The notes beneath the pieces are model-generated. The model was not told the DNA's origin and made no database searches. It saw only the letters and a list, made by a program, of their open reading frames with translations. A DNA stretch of 64,000 bases from the human T2T-CHM13v2.0 reference genome, Homo sapiens, in NCBI RefSeq assembly GCF_009914755.1, contig NC_060926.1, one strand, 5' to 3'. Positions 1-16,174 of this stretch are shown here, one piece after another (positions within the stretch are counted from its first letter, which is position 1; each line of letters starts with the position of its first letter). The translations under genes were made by a program, and so were the position numbers.

Positions 1-89
1 AATGCCTTACCAATTACCCTTGTATTCCTTGCTATACTGCCTTCAACCAGGAAACTCCTTTTTATGGCAAGACAAATACAATTAGCGCA

Positions 90-780
90 AATCTATAGAA
101 TGCATGGGTCATACATACCCCATGTATCACCACACAGAATCAGCTGGCTACATGGAGTGGTGAAATGGCCTACCAAAGGAGTGGTTCATGTATGGTTGCC
201 AGCTGGGAGGAGTTTGGGTGTGTTCTACAGGATATTATATATGGCCAACATCATCTCCTCCATAGCCAGAAGGCATGAGTCTGAGAACAAAGAGGTTAAG
301 GTAGAGGTGGCCACTCTAATAACATCAAATAACCCATTTAAAGGCTTTTTACTCTGTGTCCTGAAACCTTCAGATTGGTGGTTTTGGAGATCTCAGTTCC
401 CAAAAGAAGAATGTTTTCTCCAGGTTTCAGAGATCTGGTCCTGTTGTATTGGAAGCTGAGAATACTCACTAGCTATTTTGGGCATGTCAAGCTGCTAAAT
501 AAACAGGGACTGGCTTATAATTTTTCCAGACTACCAGAATGATTTGGAGCTGTTGCTATACAATGAGGACAAGAAGAACTATGCTTGGAACTCAGGGGAT
601 TTACTGGGGCATCTCTTTAGAAATACTTACCTCATAATTTTGGTTATTGAAAAATTATAGTAATATAAGAAAGACAGGACCACCGAAGACTCAGAACCTA
701 TAAAATTTTAGTCACCTATCAGATAAAGAACCTTATTTAGCCGATGTGCTAAACAGAGTAAGAGTAAGGGGAAGATGTAT
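90..780 (+). mobile_element. Degraded ERVL/MaLR-class internal sequence (integrase C-terminus and dUTPase remnant)
   Basis: 125-178 reads YHHTESAGYMEW*NGLPK (cf. ERVL HHPEAAGLIERWNGLLK). ORF 64..459 contains IARRHESENKEVKVEVATLITSNNPFKGFLL (cf. IARIHGSRNQGVEVEVAPLTITPSDPLAKFLL). From 450 it reads WKLRILTSYFG, and 526-618 reads PDYQNDLELLLYNEDKKNYAWNSGDLLGHLF (ERVL dUTPase-like). Frameshifted with stops; ends approximate. Confidence 0.8.
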
Positions 781-2456
781 TTGATTGGAAGAAGAACACT
801 ATAATGATCAATTTTGAGCTTTCTGGCAAATTAGAGGAGCAAAAACTGTAGCAACTCTGTTTTATGTTCTATCTATTATGAAGAAAATTAGGGATGGCTA
901 GTATTTTAGATTCCAATTGGAAGCATGATTGAATTGGTATCAGCTCTTGGTGATGCAGTAGCTGGATGCCCCCTCTCCAATAGGGACTCCATTAAACTCT
1001 CTTGAATTACCCAATTTGAATATATCTATTTATATATCTGCAAAAATCATAACTTGATATACTAAATTGCAAAATGAGCACGATGGCAGTTATAAGGACC
1101 ATGTCTTTGTTTATGAAGACAGATAACATAATATGTACACACAAAACCATGATATTAAAAACAACATGATTTCAACAAAAATAAGATGGATGTTTAAAGT
1201 TATTTATTACATGAAGTTGAGGCAAAACTATATGTTCACGAAGATCTATTTGTTATATAATGTTTGGACAACTCAATAATAATTTAACTCTGGCTAGAGT
1301 ACATGACAAGCTAATGGAAATGCCTATCATGTCCTAGAAGTATATTTCAATAAAGAACTTTTCATAAGAAAACACTGCTTTAAGATATAATTTTGATAGC
1401 ACAATTTTAAAATAAAACATAAAATGTTGTAGTTGGAAGTAAGTGAATTCCTTTAACTCAGGGAGGAAAGAAAAATATATACTTAAAATATTTTGTTTTC
1501 GTGTTTGCATTAATTTAATTTTTTTGTAACTGCCCCAAATTTAAGAGTTAATGTTTAAAATAGTTTTACACGATTCACATTCATGTTTAAAAACTTAGTA
1601 CAGCCTTAAGGATAAAAAGGAAAAATGTAAAGAGAGATAATACAATAAGCATTATCTCACAACCTCAGCACTCTCTAATACGATTTGTCAATGTAGATTA
1701 AAATATCACTTCCATCATATCTTCATATTAAAATTAAAATTTAGTATGTCATTATGAACAGAAGAAACAAATAAAACTAGCTTGAGAGTATTCTATATTA
1801 ATTTTCCACCTTTAACTTCTTGGTTATGAAAATTTATGCTAAAAGTCAAATGAGATTCATTTGGATTTCTGATCATTCTTTTCTCTTTTATGTGTTATAT
1901 TCTGGCATTTCTTAAAAACATTAAATTTATTTTTTTCTTTTATTCCCAAGAATTTGTCACATTCTACATTTTTTAAATGATTTATGAAACACAGCAAAGT
2001 TTCAGAGTACCCAATGACTATTGTTTGAGAGCTAAAGATACAAGGAGAGTTAAAATTAGAATATAAAATACTCGAAAAGCCAATTTTCTGAGTATATTTT
2101 CAAGTTTAAAAGAAACAATTTTATTTTCCACAGAGATCCCAGCCTGAGCACTGTATCAGTCAAAAAAAATCAGTTTTCATTTCCTCTACAGTAACTCGAA
2201 ACATAACTGATATTATACTGGATCTTCACTTATCTTGGATTAACCATAATGACTGCATTCTTAATTGTAAAATTTTAAAATTATAGAAAATATATAACAG
2301 CTGTTTTCTTATTCTAATATATTGAAGTAAGATACTCTTCAGTTGACAGTGCTCCTTTCTGCCAAGCCGTAAAGTCTAAAAATGAAAGATACATGCATCC
2401 TGCAAGATTTATCAATTATTTAATGTACACCAATAACAAGATTGTCTTGGTCATTA

Positions 2457-2747
<291 letters not shown>

Positions 2748-3059
2748 TCAACTAGGGTATGTGCAAGTGACTAATTTGCCATCCACTGTTAACCAAAGCC
2801 AGTTCTCTATGCTAAAAATGTTCATCTCCCTCATAAGTCTTTTAAACATTTATCTGCCCAGAATTTGCTTTGTCAATACAGTTACCAAAGTCTTAAGTTT
2901 TACATCAAATGATCTTTCCCCTTTTATGTATAAATGTGACAAAAGTCCTATCATTGACTCAGAAGAATAACAATAATAGCATTTATCATTGGTTGAACAA
3001 TGAGGTGCTGTCACTTTAGGGCCTTACACACAATTGGATGCTTTCCATAGAATATTTCA

Positions 3060-3235
3060 ATCCTTTCTTACAATGACAATAATTAGGTTGTTTTAATTTT
3101 AATTAACAAATGAAGAAATTAAAGTCCATAGATCAAACTATTTTGTTACACAGAGCTAGAAAGTAGTCAAGGTGAGAAATGAACCTGGTCAGTTTGGCTA
3201 CAAAATCTTGTTCTCTTTATTTTACCATGCTATCT
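3060..3235 (-). mobile_element. MIR SINE fragment
   Basis: Resembles the reverse-complement MIR core (aacaaatgaagaaattaaag...cacagagctagaaagtagtcaag...atgaacctggtcagtttggct). Confidence 0.5.
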
Positions 3236-6200
3236 CTTTAAAATTGGCAGAAAATTTGAGCTGAAAGAGACCTTCAGTCTAATTCCCTCATTTAGCTGAT
3301 ATGGAAAGGGGCAACTAAAAGGTACAGCAAATGAACCAGCTTACAAAGCTCATTAGTACAAGATTTTCAAATACGGGCCAGGTTTCTTGATTCTCCTGGT
3401 CACTAATAGTAAAACCTTTAGCAAAATTTCCAAATAAAATTATTCATCCAGACATGTCCTGTACATGTTTTTTGTGAAAATTATTATTTGAAAGGAATCT
3501 TTTCTCCCCGTTTTTCTATTACTGATATTGCTATGAAGTTTTTAAGCCTCAATTATAAGTTTGGTCTGTTGCCATCAACTGACTCACCAATGTCATCAAA
3601 TATAAAAACATGTACGCAATGAAGCAGTACAACTGGCAAGTAGGATCAAATTGATAGCCTTATCAAACCATAAAGAAAATGCTATTATTTTAAATTCACC
3701 TATCACTAAAGATATACATGAAATAAAATAAAAATTCAAATATAAGTAAACAGTAAAAATGTATCATACTAAAGCTCTAAGTTTAGAATAAAAAGAACAT
3801 TACAAAACAATTCCCTTTTGGTTGAACTGGACCATTTCTTTACCTGCAGTTAGATGATGATTGTAATTTTAATAGTTTTTCAAAAAGCTTACATTGAAAT
3901 GTCATGTTTCATATATCTTTAACTGAAACACACATAATAATGAATAATAAAAACTCAAGGTTTTTTGGCCCTTTGACATAATGCAAACTCAATGATTCTT
4001 TTATTAAAGAAAGCTAAGAGGTATAAATAAGATAAACTATGGTCACTTTCTGGCAGCAGCTATTGAAAATTCTATCATATAGATTTGTTATAAAACCTAG
4101 ATAAATTTAAAAATTGGTAGATCAAGTATATCTCAAATTCTGTAGTATTTAGTGTTTTGGGAGTTAATGAGGTACATACCAAAAAGGTGTAATCTGTGGG
4201 TGTGGTGGGGGTTAAGGTTTTTTCTTAAGAAATCTGGAGCTCTTATGAGCTACATGTACAAGAGGTCCTATATTGATAATATTGGATTGAAAAAAATCTG
4301 TAATGTTAAAGTTCCCTTAAGTGGTATCTTCTTAGTTTGATTAACCTGGTAAGATCTATATCTCCTCATATAAAGTCTTCCAACATAAGGTTTTAAAATA
4401 AATTGAATTTTGGCAGATCTTTTTTACTTTTACACACAATATACAACTTGATTATTTGATTCTCTTTCCTAATGGAATCACAGGCTGCAACTTTTTAAAT
4501 CAAGAATTTTCCACTCCCAACCCCTGCCATAGTAATAAAAGGAAAGATGGAGGCACTTCTTTCACAAATTAAATTTTTAAAGAAAAAGGAAAATAGCAAA
4601 TATATATTATACTTTTCACTCCAAAAATTTGATTTTACTTTTAAAATATGTCTACGTAAGGTTTCCCAAGCAAGTAACAAATTCGTTAACAATAACTTTA
4701 CAAGAGTTAAATTACTAAGTGTGGTGAACAATTTGAAGTCATGTCTGCCTTTAGATAATACTCCTATAGCATGCTGACTCCAATTTCCTTTAAACCTCCT
4801 ACAATGTTTGAGTTGAAATATTTCAAAATCCCTAATTTAGAGTAGTTCATTCTTCAAAAATAATGCTAGTCTAAAAATGAAACAATATCTTTTTTAAAAA
4901 GAATTTTAAAATTCACCTAATTGAGTTTTATGCGATTAATGAAAGGGTAATTTAGTTTTTACATTTACAAAATACTCTAGATATCTTCAAATCTTTTTAA
5001 TAAGAAATTACTTCTGAATTTATATGATCATCCCCAAATGGCGTAGAATAAACAAAAGGTAGTCTAGGTATATCTGGAAATATTGTCCTGTTGCTGAGTG
5101 TGGAAGTCATACTATGGAAGTCTTTGGTAAGTTCCCAAGGACATGGGAAGTAAAGAAGAACAAGGCATGATGAAGGTAAATAGTTTTCTTCCTTTTTTTG
5201 GTAAGAGAAAAGGGGCATTGAAAATAATACATTTTAATTTCAATAAGATAAGGCTTTGGGAGATATTGATTTGAATTATGAATAAGTCTTGATAGATGCT
5301 TTTTACATTTGGATACTAATTTTATGGCTTTCCTCATTTTATTTGCCTAACTCCTGTTGATGTCTTGATTATATGAAAAGATAATTATCATTTCAAGAGT
5401 CCACTTGTTTTATTGTGTTCCAAACTAAAGTTAGTTGGAATCATAATGAAACCCTCAAAGACAATACTGTTAGAAACAAGGATTAAAACAGAGGGTAATT
5501 TATGAGATTTCTAAAAGTATACATAGTTATATTCCAGGAATAATCCAAATATAGAAGTAATATCCATATCTGTCTAATAACAAATAAAAAGTGAATTGAC
5601 TCAATTTTTGATAAAGTTATTTCTATAAAACATTAGCAACCCTTTTATTGAATGTCGTGGGGTATTTCCTGGCCTAGGCATTACAGAATAAGTGTAAAAT
5701 TATCTGATAATTAAGTAAAAGATTCAGTTAACTATCTTTTCTCTATGCAAATGGTACATATGCAAAAACTCCATACTGTCTATGAAACTTTAAAACAACA
5801 TATCTCAATTATTTCTTGTAAATAATTTGTTCTTTAAATGGACTGCATCAATGTGCCCTTTTTGAGTCAGTTTAGACTTTGTCTGAAAAAAATATTAATC
5901 ATGTTCTTCATATGTATATCAAAGCAAATTTTAAGAAAATCTCACAAATTTACTAACTACATTAATGGAGCAATCCAAGCTGAAAACATTAAGTAGTTTG
6001 TTATAACCATAATGACTAATCTTTCCCCTGGTAGGCACAAAAATCTAGACTAACAAAACTGGATCGAGGAAAATAATTAAGATATGGTCATGTGTCCTTC
6101 ATGTCCATATCTCAATCTGTTGTTTTGTTTTTATTTTTAAATACAATAGAACAATCTACTGGTCCATTTTTATTTATTGACTGGGTGAGATTATATATTA

Positions 6201-6802
6201 TTTTTATTATGGAATATCTTATATTTCAATATTTTATGTACCTTCATAAACACCTATTTCTAGACCTGCATTTAAATATTCAATTAAAATGCAAATATAT
6301 ATGCATCAACTTGCTTTGGTGAATCAAAGACAGAGGGTGCTCCTATGTTGGGTGGAACAACCTACAAATATGCAGAATCTCAAGCATCTGCTGAGTGCCT
6401 TTGAGCAAGAGGATGGCTGCACAAAGCTGCCATGTACAAAATACGGTGCTGAAAACTGAGTTACAAGATGGGAGTAGATTAAGGAGAGGCAAAATTAGGG
6501 AATTCTATATGTATAATGTCCAATCGATATGTGTTCATGCATGAATTGATTTACTTTCCCTATTTGTTTACTCTTCTCTCTATATTCCCAGTGAAGAGTG
6601 CCTGGAGTATCCGATGACAATATTACCTGATTACTTACTAAAGTAGCAATACCAAATCAATAAAATGAAACCATTAATAAGACACTGCAATTGGTACTTT
6701 AGTAGAGTATGACAGAGAAAGAAGAAGAGTGGATTCGATCTGATGCTCCATGATATTGTAATGAATTGGATGGTTGTGCATCTTTTTTCACTATCAATTT
6801 TA

Positions 6803-7138
<336 letters not shown>

Positions 7139-9654
7139 TCAAAGGCATTATAAGGTTTTAAGACAGTATCTTTAATATGAGAGATAAACAATTGATAAGA
7201 GTGGGAAGTTCTAAAATGCAGACTAGTTCATGGTATTAAGGAGAAAACATTTGGCTAATGACTAGATTCTGACTACATTTTTCTCAATCTAGTTTAAATT
7301 AAAGAAATGCAAATAGACTTTCTAGTCTCAAAATGGTATTAAAGTGGTGTTGAAAATGACAGGACACACTCAGATGTATAAACTGGATCATCAGAAATAT
7401 GTTTAAGTGTCTAGTTTAATGATATCATGTCCACAATTTCAAAGTTGACAAAGCATGACAGGTATCACAGCTTCTCCGTAAATGGCTATTAACTTTAAGA
7501 AAAATCTAGATCTGAAGAAAGTATAATAATTTGCACAATGCTCCAATAAACACTGATTGACAAAAAAAGATAGTGTTGCAAGTGTACTTTAACATACTCC
7601 TTGCTGTTATGAGTTGAGTGAGTCTCGTATTCCTAGGATTTGTGGAAATCTGTATAACTGTTTATAAACTTTATTATGCCAATTAGATTATTTTCAAAAA
7701 TAAAATAATTCAACTCTACCACACTAGTAAATAACAAAAGGACAGTAGAGTAGGTACATAATTATTATTTTGTTTACAAATTAACAATCCTCATGAATAT
7801 TATTGTAGCTACAGTGAATCACTGATTAACCTAAATTTTCTAAAAACTGTACTCTGGTTCTTTGAATTTTCTTAATTCAGAACATAAAAGATCAATTAAA
7901 AATCTTCTAAATACTGTTTTTAGTTTATTTTTTAGCTTAAAATTTAACATTGCATGCAATTCAACTGAAAAGCCATTAGACTGACTGTGTTTTGTTTGTA
8001 TTTTACTAGATAGGAGAAGTTACACATTTGAATGAGTGTTATCTTCCTTAATACAATCACTCTTACATAATGAATATATTATAACTTTGTGGAACTTGTT
8101 TTTAGAACTGTCGTTAGAATTAGTTCATGAGCGTAGATGAAAAGTAGATTATTTTATAGTCTTTTCCCTTTACTTTTTATCAAATAGATACCAAGCTTGA
8201 TCTTTCAACCTTTTCTAAGACACTTAAAAATTAAAGAAAAAAGTTACACTAGTAATATAAATATTTTTAAAACATCGTGCTGTTTAAAAAGGAGATAAAA
8301 AACGAAAAAGCAAAATGTAATTGACTGTATGATTGGAATAAGTATATATGTTCTAAAGCTGATGATTTTGATTATGATAACACTGATTTTAATGTATAAC
8401 TTCTCACTGTAATTTTTAAGATATCAGCCTTAGTTTACAGTCATACCTTATAATAAATTCTTGGTATACTGACATACCAAGCAATAGTGTGTCTGAACAA
8501 AACCAGTATGGGCATCAGAAAACCCTGGTTCTAGCTTCAGCAATGCCTTTACCTACATAAGGGATAATGGACAAATCACTTGACTATTTCTTCATGTGTA
8601 TTATGAAAGGTTCGTATTAAAAAAGACTTTGACCTACCTTGTATCTTTAATGTTTTAAGCACGTAATTGTTAAACTATTTAGAAATAAAACTTTTAAATA
8701 AATTTATTGTGATTTATATTTCTTCCAAAAAAGTATATTTTAAAACTCTGAGAATATTAGTTATTAATATTTTACTGTACACTACACTACTCTGCATTAT
8801 AGTGAAAGCCATCATTACCATTAAACCAATTTTCATATGAACTTGAATCTTTTTTGTTAAGAGTCAACGATCCTCCTAGCTTACCACTTACTATCTCATT
8901 TCTGTTGCTTTTTAAGAAAAAAAAATTGGCAAAGGGTTTAAAAAGATTTAAATAAGACCTTCTCATTTGGTTAGTTTTCACAAAAAACTTTTCACCTCTC
9001 AAATGTTTAAAAATATAGTATGAATTAATCTGTGGGCTTTTTCCTCACTCTATCCCAGAATTACATATTCCAACCTACACACCAGCCACTATTTGTCATA
9101 TTCAATCCTACATATATCCTTGCAGGAGTTATAACCAACAATTACAGAAAGATGGTAGCATCCCTGAACTACAAAAGCACCTGCCTGCTACTGAGACCTG
9201 TGGTAGGATAGGCAGAGATCAATCAGAAATTGTATTTCAAGGAGTTAACTGGATAAAGTGAAAATTATTCACTTACATAAATGCATGAGTGCCATTTTGT
9301 AGTATAAACTCTTATCTAGCAAACTATATTACCTGCCCATGGGTATGGTAAAATATGTATAGAAATACAAAAAGATTAAGTTACACAATGAAATTCTCCT
9401 ATACCTTTTGAACCCTTATCATATTATTGCTATATTAAGAACTGTGGAAACTGAATCCCAAACTTCTTTTCTGATATGCTATTCAGATTTGAAGGCTGGA
9501 AGTCAAGACCCAGGCTACTCTCTGTTTTTCTGCAATCCAATACTAGCAGAATTCTGAAAAGGTAGTTTTCACCACTGCCACCCCTGAATAAAAAGGAAAG
9601 AGAATAGATGTCAGGTAATATCAACATCAGATGTCACAGGCAGTCATCAGGTTA

Positions 9655-9966
<312 letters not shown>

Positions 9967-11199
9967 TTAAATACATGTTATGTATTCTCACCTACATCTC
10001 TTTTCTACTCATTGTCATCCTACTAAATGGATGAAAATGATATATAAAGTAGAATAGAGTTCATCATCGAATGCCATGTTAATACATACTGTGTTCTATG
10101 ATATTTTAGTGAAATGTCATGGAAGTGAAGATAGCTCAGGAAAACTCTAGGTAAACAGAATGACTATTTCCTCACATATTTGTTTCTTTCACTTAGACAT
10201 TTGCTTTTTAAACAAGTTTTTTTAATAATCCTGGTATTGGCTTTTGAGTCTGTCACTAAGACTCCTAGGACTGAGATAGGATTATGGAAGAAACAAGATT
10301 AAATATTGCTTAACACACTGAACTATGCCTCCTCTTAATTTAATGATCATTATGTATACTTCATATTCTCTGTTTCACATCAGAGTACTTGTATAAACCT
10401 GCTTCTGAACAGGGCAAGAGAAACAATTCAGGATCTTAATCCAGCAAATGTCTTTGACATATGAAGATACACTGTCAAGGCAATGTTCTAAAATCAAACT
10501 AAACACATATATTCAGTTTCGAGCTATATAAATGTAGTACACAGACCTCACATGCTCTTAAGTTACTCTGCCTATTTTTTCTATCTAAAAAATTACCTAT
10601 GGAACATGTTGTTTGAAAATCAAAGTATTCCAACTCTAATCTATGCACACCAAAAAGCAGCTAATCACAGTAATGGCATAGCATGCATGTACACACTTGC
10701 CACTGTTAAGAAATTTAATGCCTTCTGTTTGCTGTTTTTGGATCATCCCACAGAAAAGTTGGAATTTTGTTAGCACAGCCTTCATTCTGGATTGCTGACA
10801 GAGTCTTTTCATAAAGCAGAAACAAGCTTTAAGTGAGTATCAGTTTTTTATCCAGTAATATAGAAAATTTCTTAAGAAGTCATATCATAGTTACTAAGCA
10901 AAACAACTTATTTGGTACTACTTGATTAGAGGAAATATTTTCATAAAAAGGAAGTAAGTTCTTTTCATTGCCGTTGTTTTCTTAGAGAAACCACACAGTC
11001 TGTGATTTGTCATTAGTACTTATCACAAGAGGGTGCACTATCAAAATGGCTCTGTGGTAGAAAAGTACTGGCATTATAATCTTGAACTAATTATTTAAAC
11101 TGAGTCTCATGTTTGCAAAGTACAGATGAACTCAGATTACTGAATAAAGTTCGAGCAGAACAGTTTAGGTATTCAGAACGAGGATAGTGAGGAACTTAG

Positions 11200-11300
11200 G
11201 TTTAATTTCACCATGTCCTTTATAAAACGGGGATGATAATGGTACCGACTTCCTATGGTTGCTGTGAGCATTAAATGAGTAAATACAGGAAATGTGCTTA
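11200..11300 (+). mobile_element. MIR SINE fragment
   Basis: tataaaacggggatgataatggtaccgacttcctatggttgctgtgagcattaaatgagtaaatac matches the MIR core and 3' part. Confidence 0.7.
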
Positions 11301-11739
11301 TCTTTTTTTTCCTGGATATATAGTGCTCTATTTCATAGGGTTTTTATGAAGATCAATCAACTTATGGTACATAAACTACTCTGAGATCTACAAAGTGATA
11401 TGCATCCTTCCTGGACCCATTTCTAACAGAGTACCAACTATATTGAGTTTTACCCTATTTACAAATTGTTACTCCCTTACTAGTTTTTAAAAAGAGTTGG
11501 GACAGTATTTTATCCATCTTTATATTGCCAGCATGCTCAAGAATGTTGTGGTATATAGGAGATGTTCAAGTAGTATTCACTGAGATGTTTTACTAACTTA
11601 AGAGTTTTATTGCTTTAAACTTGCTTTGTATGTTTAAAGAACCCATAAACATGGCAAAGAAAAAACAAAAAACATAAAGAATAAAAATTACATATGAAGT
11701 TCTTTTGTAACCAAGCTCACTATCTTTCAGGCCCTATCT

Positions 11740-12270
11740 CAAAAGCAACCAGTATCATAATTTTCAAATTCCAAATAGTCTGAATCCATTTTATAAATCT
11801 AGCATCATTTGTTCATCCAGTTAATCATTGGAAATTTGAAATTATTTCTTGTTTCTTGCTATTACAGACATTATTTTACAATACCACATAGTTCTGTCAA
11901 TCTGACAGATTAAAACTGGTATTTTATTATGGTTTTTAAAAAGCATTTTAAAATTATGAGTGAAGTTAGACATCTTTTTCCATGTTGAAACGTTCTTTAT
12001 TTTTTCTCAGAATTATTTATCAAAGTTGTCTGCCCATTTTTCTATCAGGTTGTCAGTCTTTTCTCACTGAATTTAAATGCTCTTTATATATTAAGGAACT
12101 TAGCCCAGTGTTTATGATATCTTTTGCAAACATTTTGGTTTATCTCTTTACTCAAGGGCATTTTTTGGCATATATGCTAATTTCACATGTTGAATTTTTA
12201 AAGTCTTCAGTTATGGCTCCTGGATTCTATATCTTGCATCAACAGGTTTTTCCATAATCTAAGTAATTCT
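11740..12270 (-). mobile_element. Old L1 (L1M-type) 3' fragment
   Basis: T-rich text such as gttgtctgcccatttttctatcaggttgtcagtctt and attatgagtgaagttagacatctttttccatg resembles antisense L1 ORF2 3' sequence. Confidence 0.65.
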
Positions 12271-15200
12271 TCCATGGTATTTTTTCTGGTAAGGGAGACT
12301 TTTAAAATCAATGCGAAATGCTATTGGTTATCCCATATAGTGTTATATTCCATTCATAATTGCCATTTAAAATTAAAATTAAGAAAGAAAATCACTGAAA
12401 AGTGTAACTTTATACAGCATGACTTTATACCACTTAGTGTGCATAAAGTGTATCAGAATTCCATTTCAGGAATGAAGAAATACATAACTGAAAGTGTAGT
12501 TTTAGAACCTGAAACTATGAGTCTTTTAAATTTCAAAATAGCTCAGAATTATGAAGAATATGACTGACATTACACTACTAAGTTTAATTGGGAAATTAAA
12601 ACATAACATGAAACAGATAAAAATGTGATTTTTAAAAGTGTGAGATATTACAAATATAGTTAGAACTTTTTATCTATAGAAGAATATACTACAAATAAAT
12701 ACAGAAAAAATGTATATTTTGCTAAAACCGAAATAGACAAGAAATAGTAAAGCCGTAGTAATCTATTCTCTAACAATACTATAAAGAAGTATGTTTAGAA
12801 TATATGAATGTATATAATTTTGCTGTATTTATACAGTAAATCAATAAAGTGCAACACATTTTAATATACGCATGTCATACATTAAATTTTGCATTTACAT
12901 GATGCATATATACAAACAAAATCCCAGTGTAACTAATCTTTCACCCATCTCACTACAATTAGGTTGAAATTCTAGAATAAAAGCAATTATTCTTTGAATC
13001 TTAACTATTACATAGAAAAGTTTTCTCCACTCATAGAAACTCTCCCATGGTTTATTTTCACTATTTAAGATGTTTGCAATTAATGTAGAACACCTAATAT
13101 TTTAACTTATTAATGATTAAATGTAAGTAGTAAACTTAAGTGTATTCTAAATTATAACTTATATATATATAAGACTTTTGTTATAATATTCGTAGCTACA
13201 CTATATGATGCCACAACTATTGAATTACAACTATTAACCACTGTACAATAATATTCAGAGTGCTTTACTTTTCAAATATTTGAAATTAGATTTATATGAA
13301 ATTTATTTTACAATTTGGTAACACAAAGACATCCTCATAAATGGGCTATAAAGATGAAAACTTGTTCATTTGAGTAAAATGAAAAATCACTGTTACAATT
13401 CTCAATACCAAGAGTTATTTTTCAAGCTTGTTTCTCTGATATGAAATAAAGAATGTAAAACTTGGGCATATCTGTGGAAATGTACACACGTTATCATATG
13501 CTAATAAGCAATAATGGTTTAATTTAAAAAGAATTTTGCCAGAACAAACTGTTAGCAATGAAAAGGGGATATGAGACAAGATTTTAGTTTTGATGATAAA
13601 GATGTTTCTTATACTTCAGTTGTAATGGCACTTCTATTTAGCATTTATATTTATAACTGTTACATCCATATTTTAGTAGACTCAGGTTTGTGAACACAAG
13701 GAAAGAATAAGTTAATAGAAAAAAACTGTTATGGTCAAGTTTATGTAGAAAAAGCTTTGAAGATATTTCATGATAAAAAGTGCCACATATTTTTCCAAAC
13801 AAAAAAAAGCTTCAGGATATAAACATTTTCATGAATTCAAGCTTTTCCCCTCTTCTTCTTTATGCTTTCAAAATACTATTTATAAACACTAGAATGTAAT
13901 CTTGATGCCATAAAAACACCTAGTTTAAGCAATTCCACTTACAAATTACAAGAAGTAAAGACACTTGCACAGATACTCTTTTTTAAAGTGAATTTCAAGC
14001 CAAACAATTTTCAATTATAAAAGTTCCTTCAGTAACCATTCTAGGCTCTCTACAATCAAAGGCTTCACAATAGTCATTGCTTCCAGATACATAATAGTGA
14101 ATGGACAGTTACACTAGACTTGCCTTTAATTCACTAATATGATAATAAAAGGATAACTGAATAAAGGCCTTTACACAGGTAAACAGGTATAGATCATTGT
14201 GAAAAAAAAGTAGAATCTAAAACCAAATGGAGCAAAATCATGTTATTTTGTGAATCTATTAAAAACAAATTAATTTAATCCAATCAATGTCATAATGGAC
14301 ATTTTCTTTGCCACCATTGTACTTGAAAAAGTAAAAAAAAAAAATCAAAACTCAAATTTTACTCACATAAGAATGAAAAGGATAATAAAATGCACAACAG
14401 TCATTACATACATTTGTAGACCTTACATTCATTTATAGAACTCATCTACCTTAGCCAATAAAGAACAAAGACAGCACTGAATTCTCTTAAAAAATTATTA
14501 AACCAGTAAATATTTATTAAGTATCTACTACTTGCCTAATACTTTGTCAATAATAATAGTAAAGGTTTAAAGCTAAAGCAAAAAAAATACTATTAACTTA
14601 AATAAGTAACCCATATTAACACAAGAGTATGTACTCCAAAAATGGCCATAAAAGAGTTCATGAGTTAGAATACAGGAAATATTTTACAAACATATGTAAT
14701 TTGGTTACATAATAAATTTATTGAACTGAACAATATATAAATGTAAAAAGGCACTTCTTTAAAACCTGGACATTTTACTTTACTACTTTTTATGCTATAA
14801 CTTCACAAAGTCACCCATTTGTGCAAGACAGCATATGATTTTGCAGTCTGGAAATTTATTTCTTCAATAATATGAATTCTCAATTTTTAAAATTTTTAAG
14901 AAAAAGATCACTTTATATGCATGATAAATATATTAATTTTAAATTTTCAAATTAAGATAATAAATTCTACCCTCATCATTAGAATTTTATTTTCACAAAC
15001 TGCTATAATTTTTAAATGTCAAGTTCTGGAAACACCATACATAGTAATGAGAACTGAAAATATCAATTTAAGACATTTTTAAATATACATATTAAACTTT
15101 CTACAAGTTAAAACTTTATTATTAATATGACCTGATTCTACTAATCTACAAACAAGTTAGTCAAGTTTCCTAACCAGGAAAATAATGCAGAGGGATTATG

Positions 15201-16174
15201 ATTTATTTTCTCTATTTAAAGTGATATATTTATTGATCTTATAGAGTATAAAATAAGCTTTCTAGTTTAATTTCTATGAAATTGGTGACTTATTTTTGTT
15301 TAGTTGCCAAAGTGTATATTTTAATTTTAATTTTTAATTTTTCAAGGAAGTAAATATTATGGGAATTAAATATTTTTTTCACAGTGTGGAACAGAAGATA
15401 GTAAAATACCATTCTTACTTACCAAATGAAAAAAAGTGTATTTCAGGTGTGATGTGTAAGTGGACTTTTTATATGGTTGGTTTCTGTTCCCTGGCAATTC
15501 AAGTGGGCACTTAAGGGATTTTATAACTTATAAGCATGAACATTTCCCAGTCTATGCCAGACACTTGAAATGGTGTTATATACACTAATTGAACCAATAT
15601 GGCTATCTAATAATTTATTGAAGTTGCTTCTACACTAATATAACTCTCTCTCACGTAAACTTTCTAAACAGAAACACCAAACATGATTAAATCCATGTTA
15701 ATATCCCAACAGCTGTTTAAATAATGTGTTAGGAAAACAAAGTGCCTTCAAAACTGTGATGTAAAGCCCAATTATTTACTAAGAATTTACCAACAGTCTA
15801 AACAATTAAAGTAAAACCACAACAAAGGTATATGCAATCATTTTTTAATATCCTCAGCAAAATTTCATGCAATGTATTTGTTCCTTTTGACTGTGGATAA
15901 ATAAATGGATGAGTCTTGAAAAACAGTTTCTTCACAACATCCTTAAAGAATTTGTTTTATAAACGGTGGGACATGTCCAGACACTGGTGTCACTGAGCTG
16001 CAGCTGAGCCACTTCTGGGTAGCATTCTAAATCTGTATATCACATCACCTCACTTTTCTCTCCATCCTCTTTCTTCTCTGTTCAATATAGCTATATTATG
16101 TATTTCTTAAACCCACTGGAGTTACTCCAGATCAAGACAGTACTGATTTCTGAAATACTGTTATTATTCCAACA

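Noticed and set aside
15969-15978. Perfect p53 half-site GGACATGTCC
   Set aside because: No adjacent second half-site on either side.
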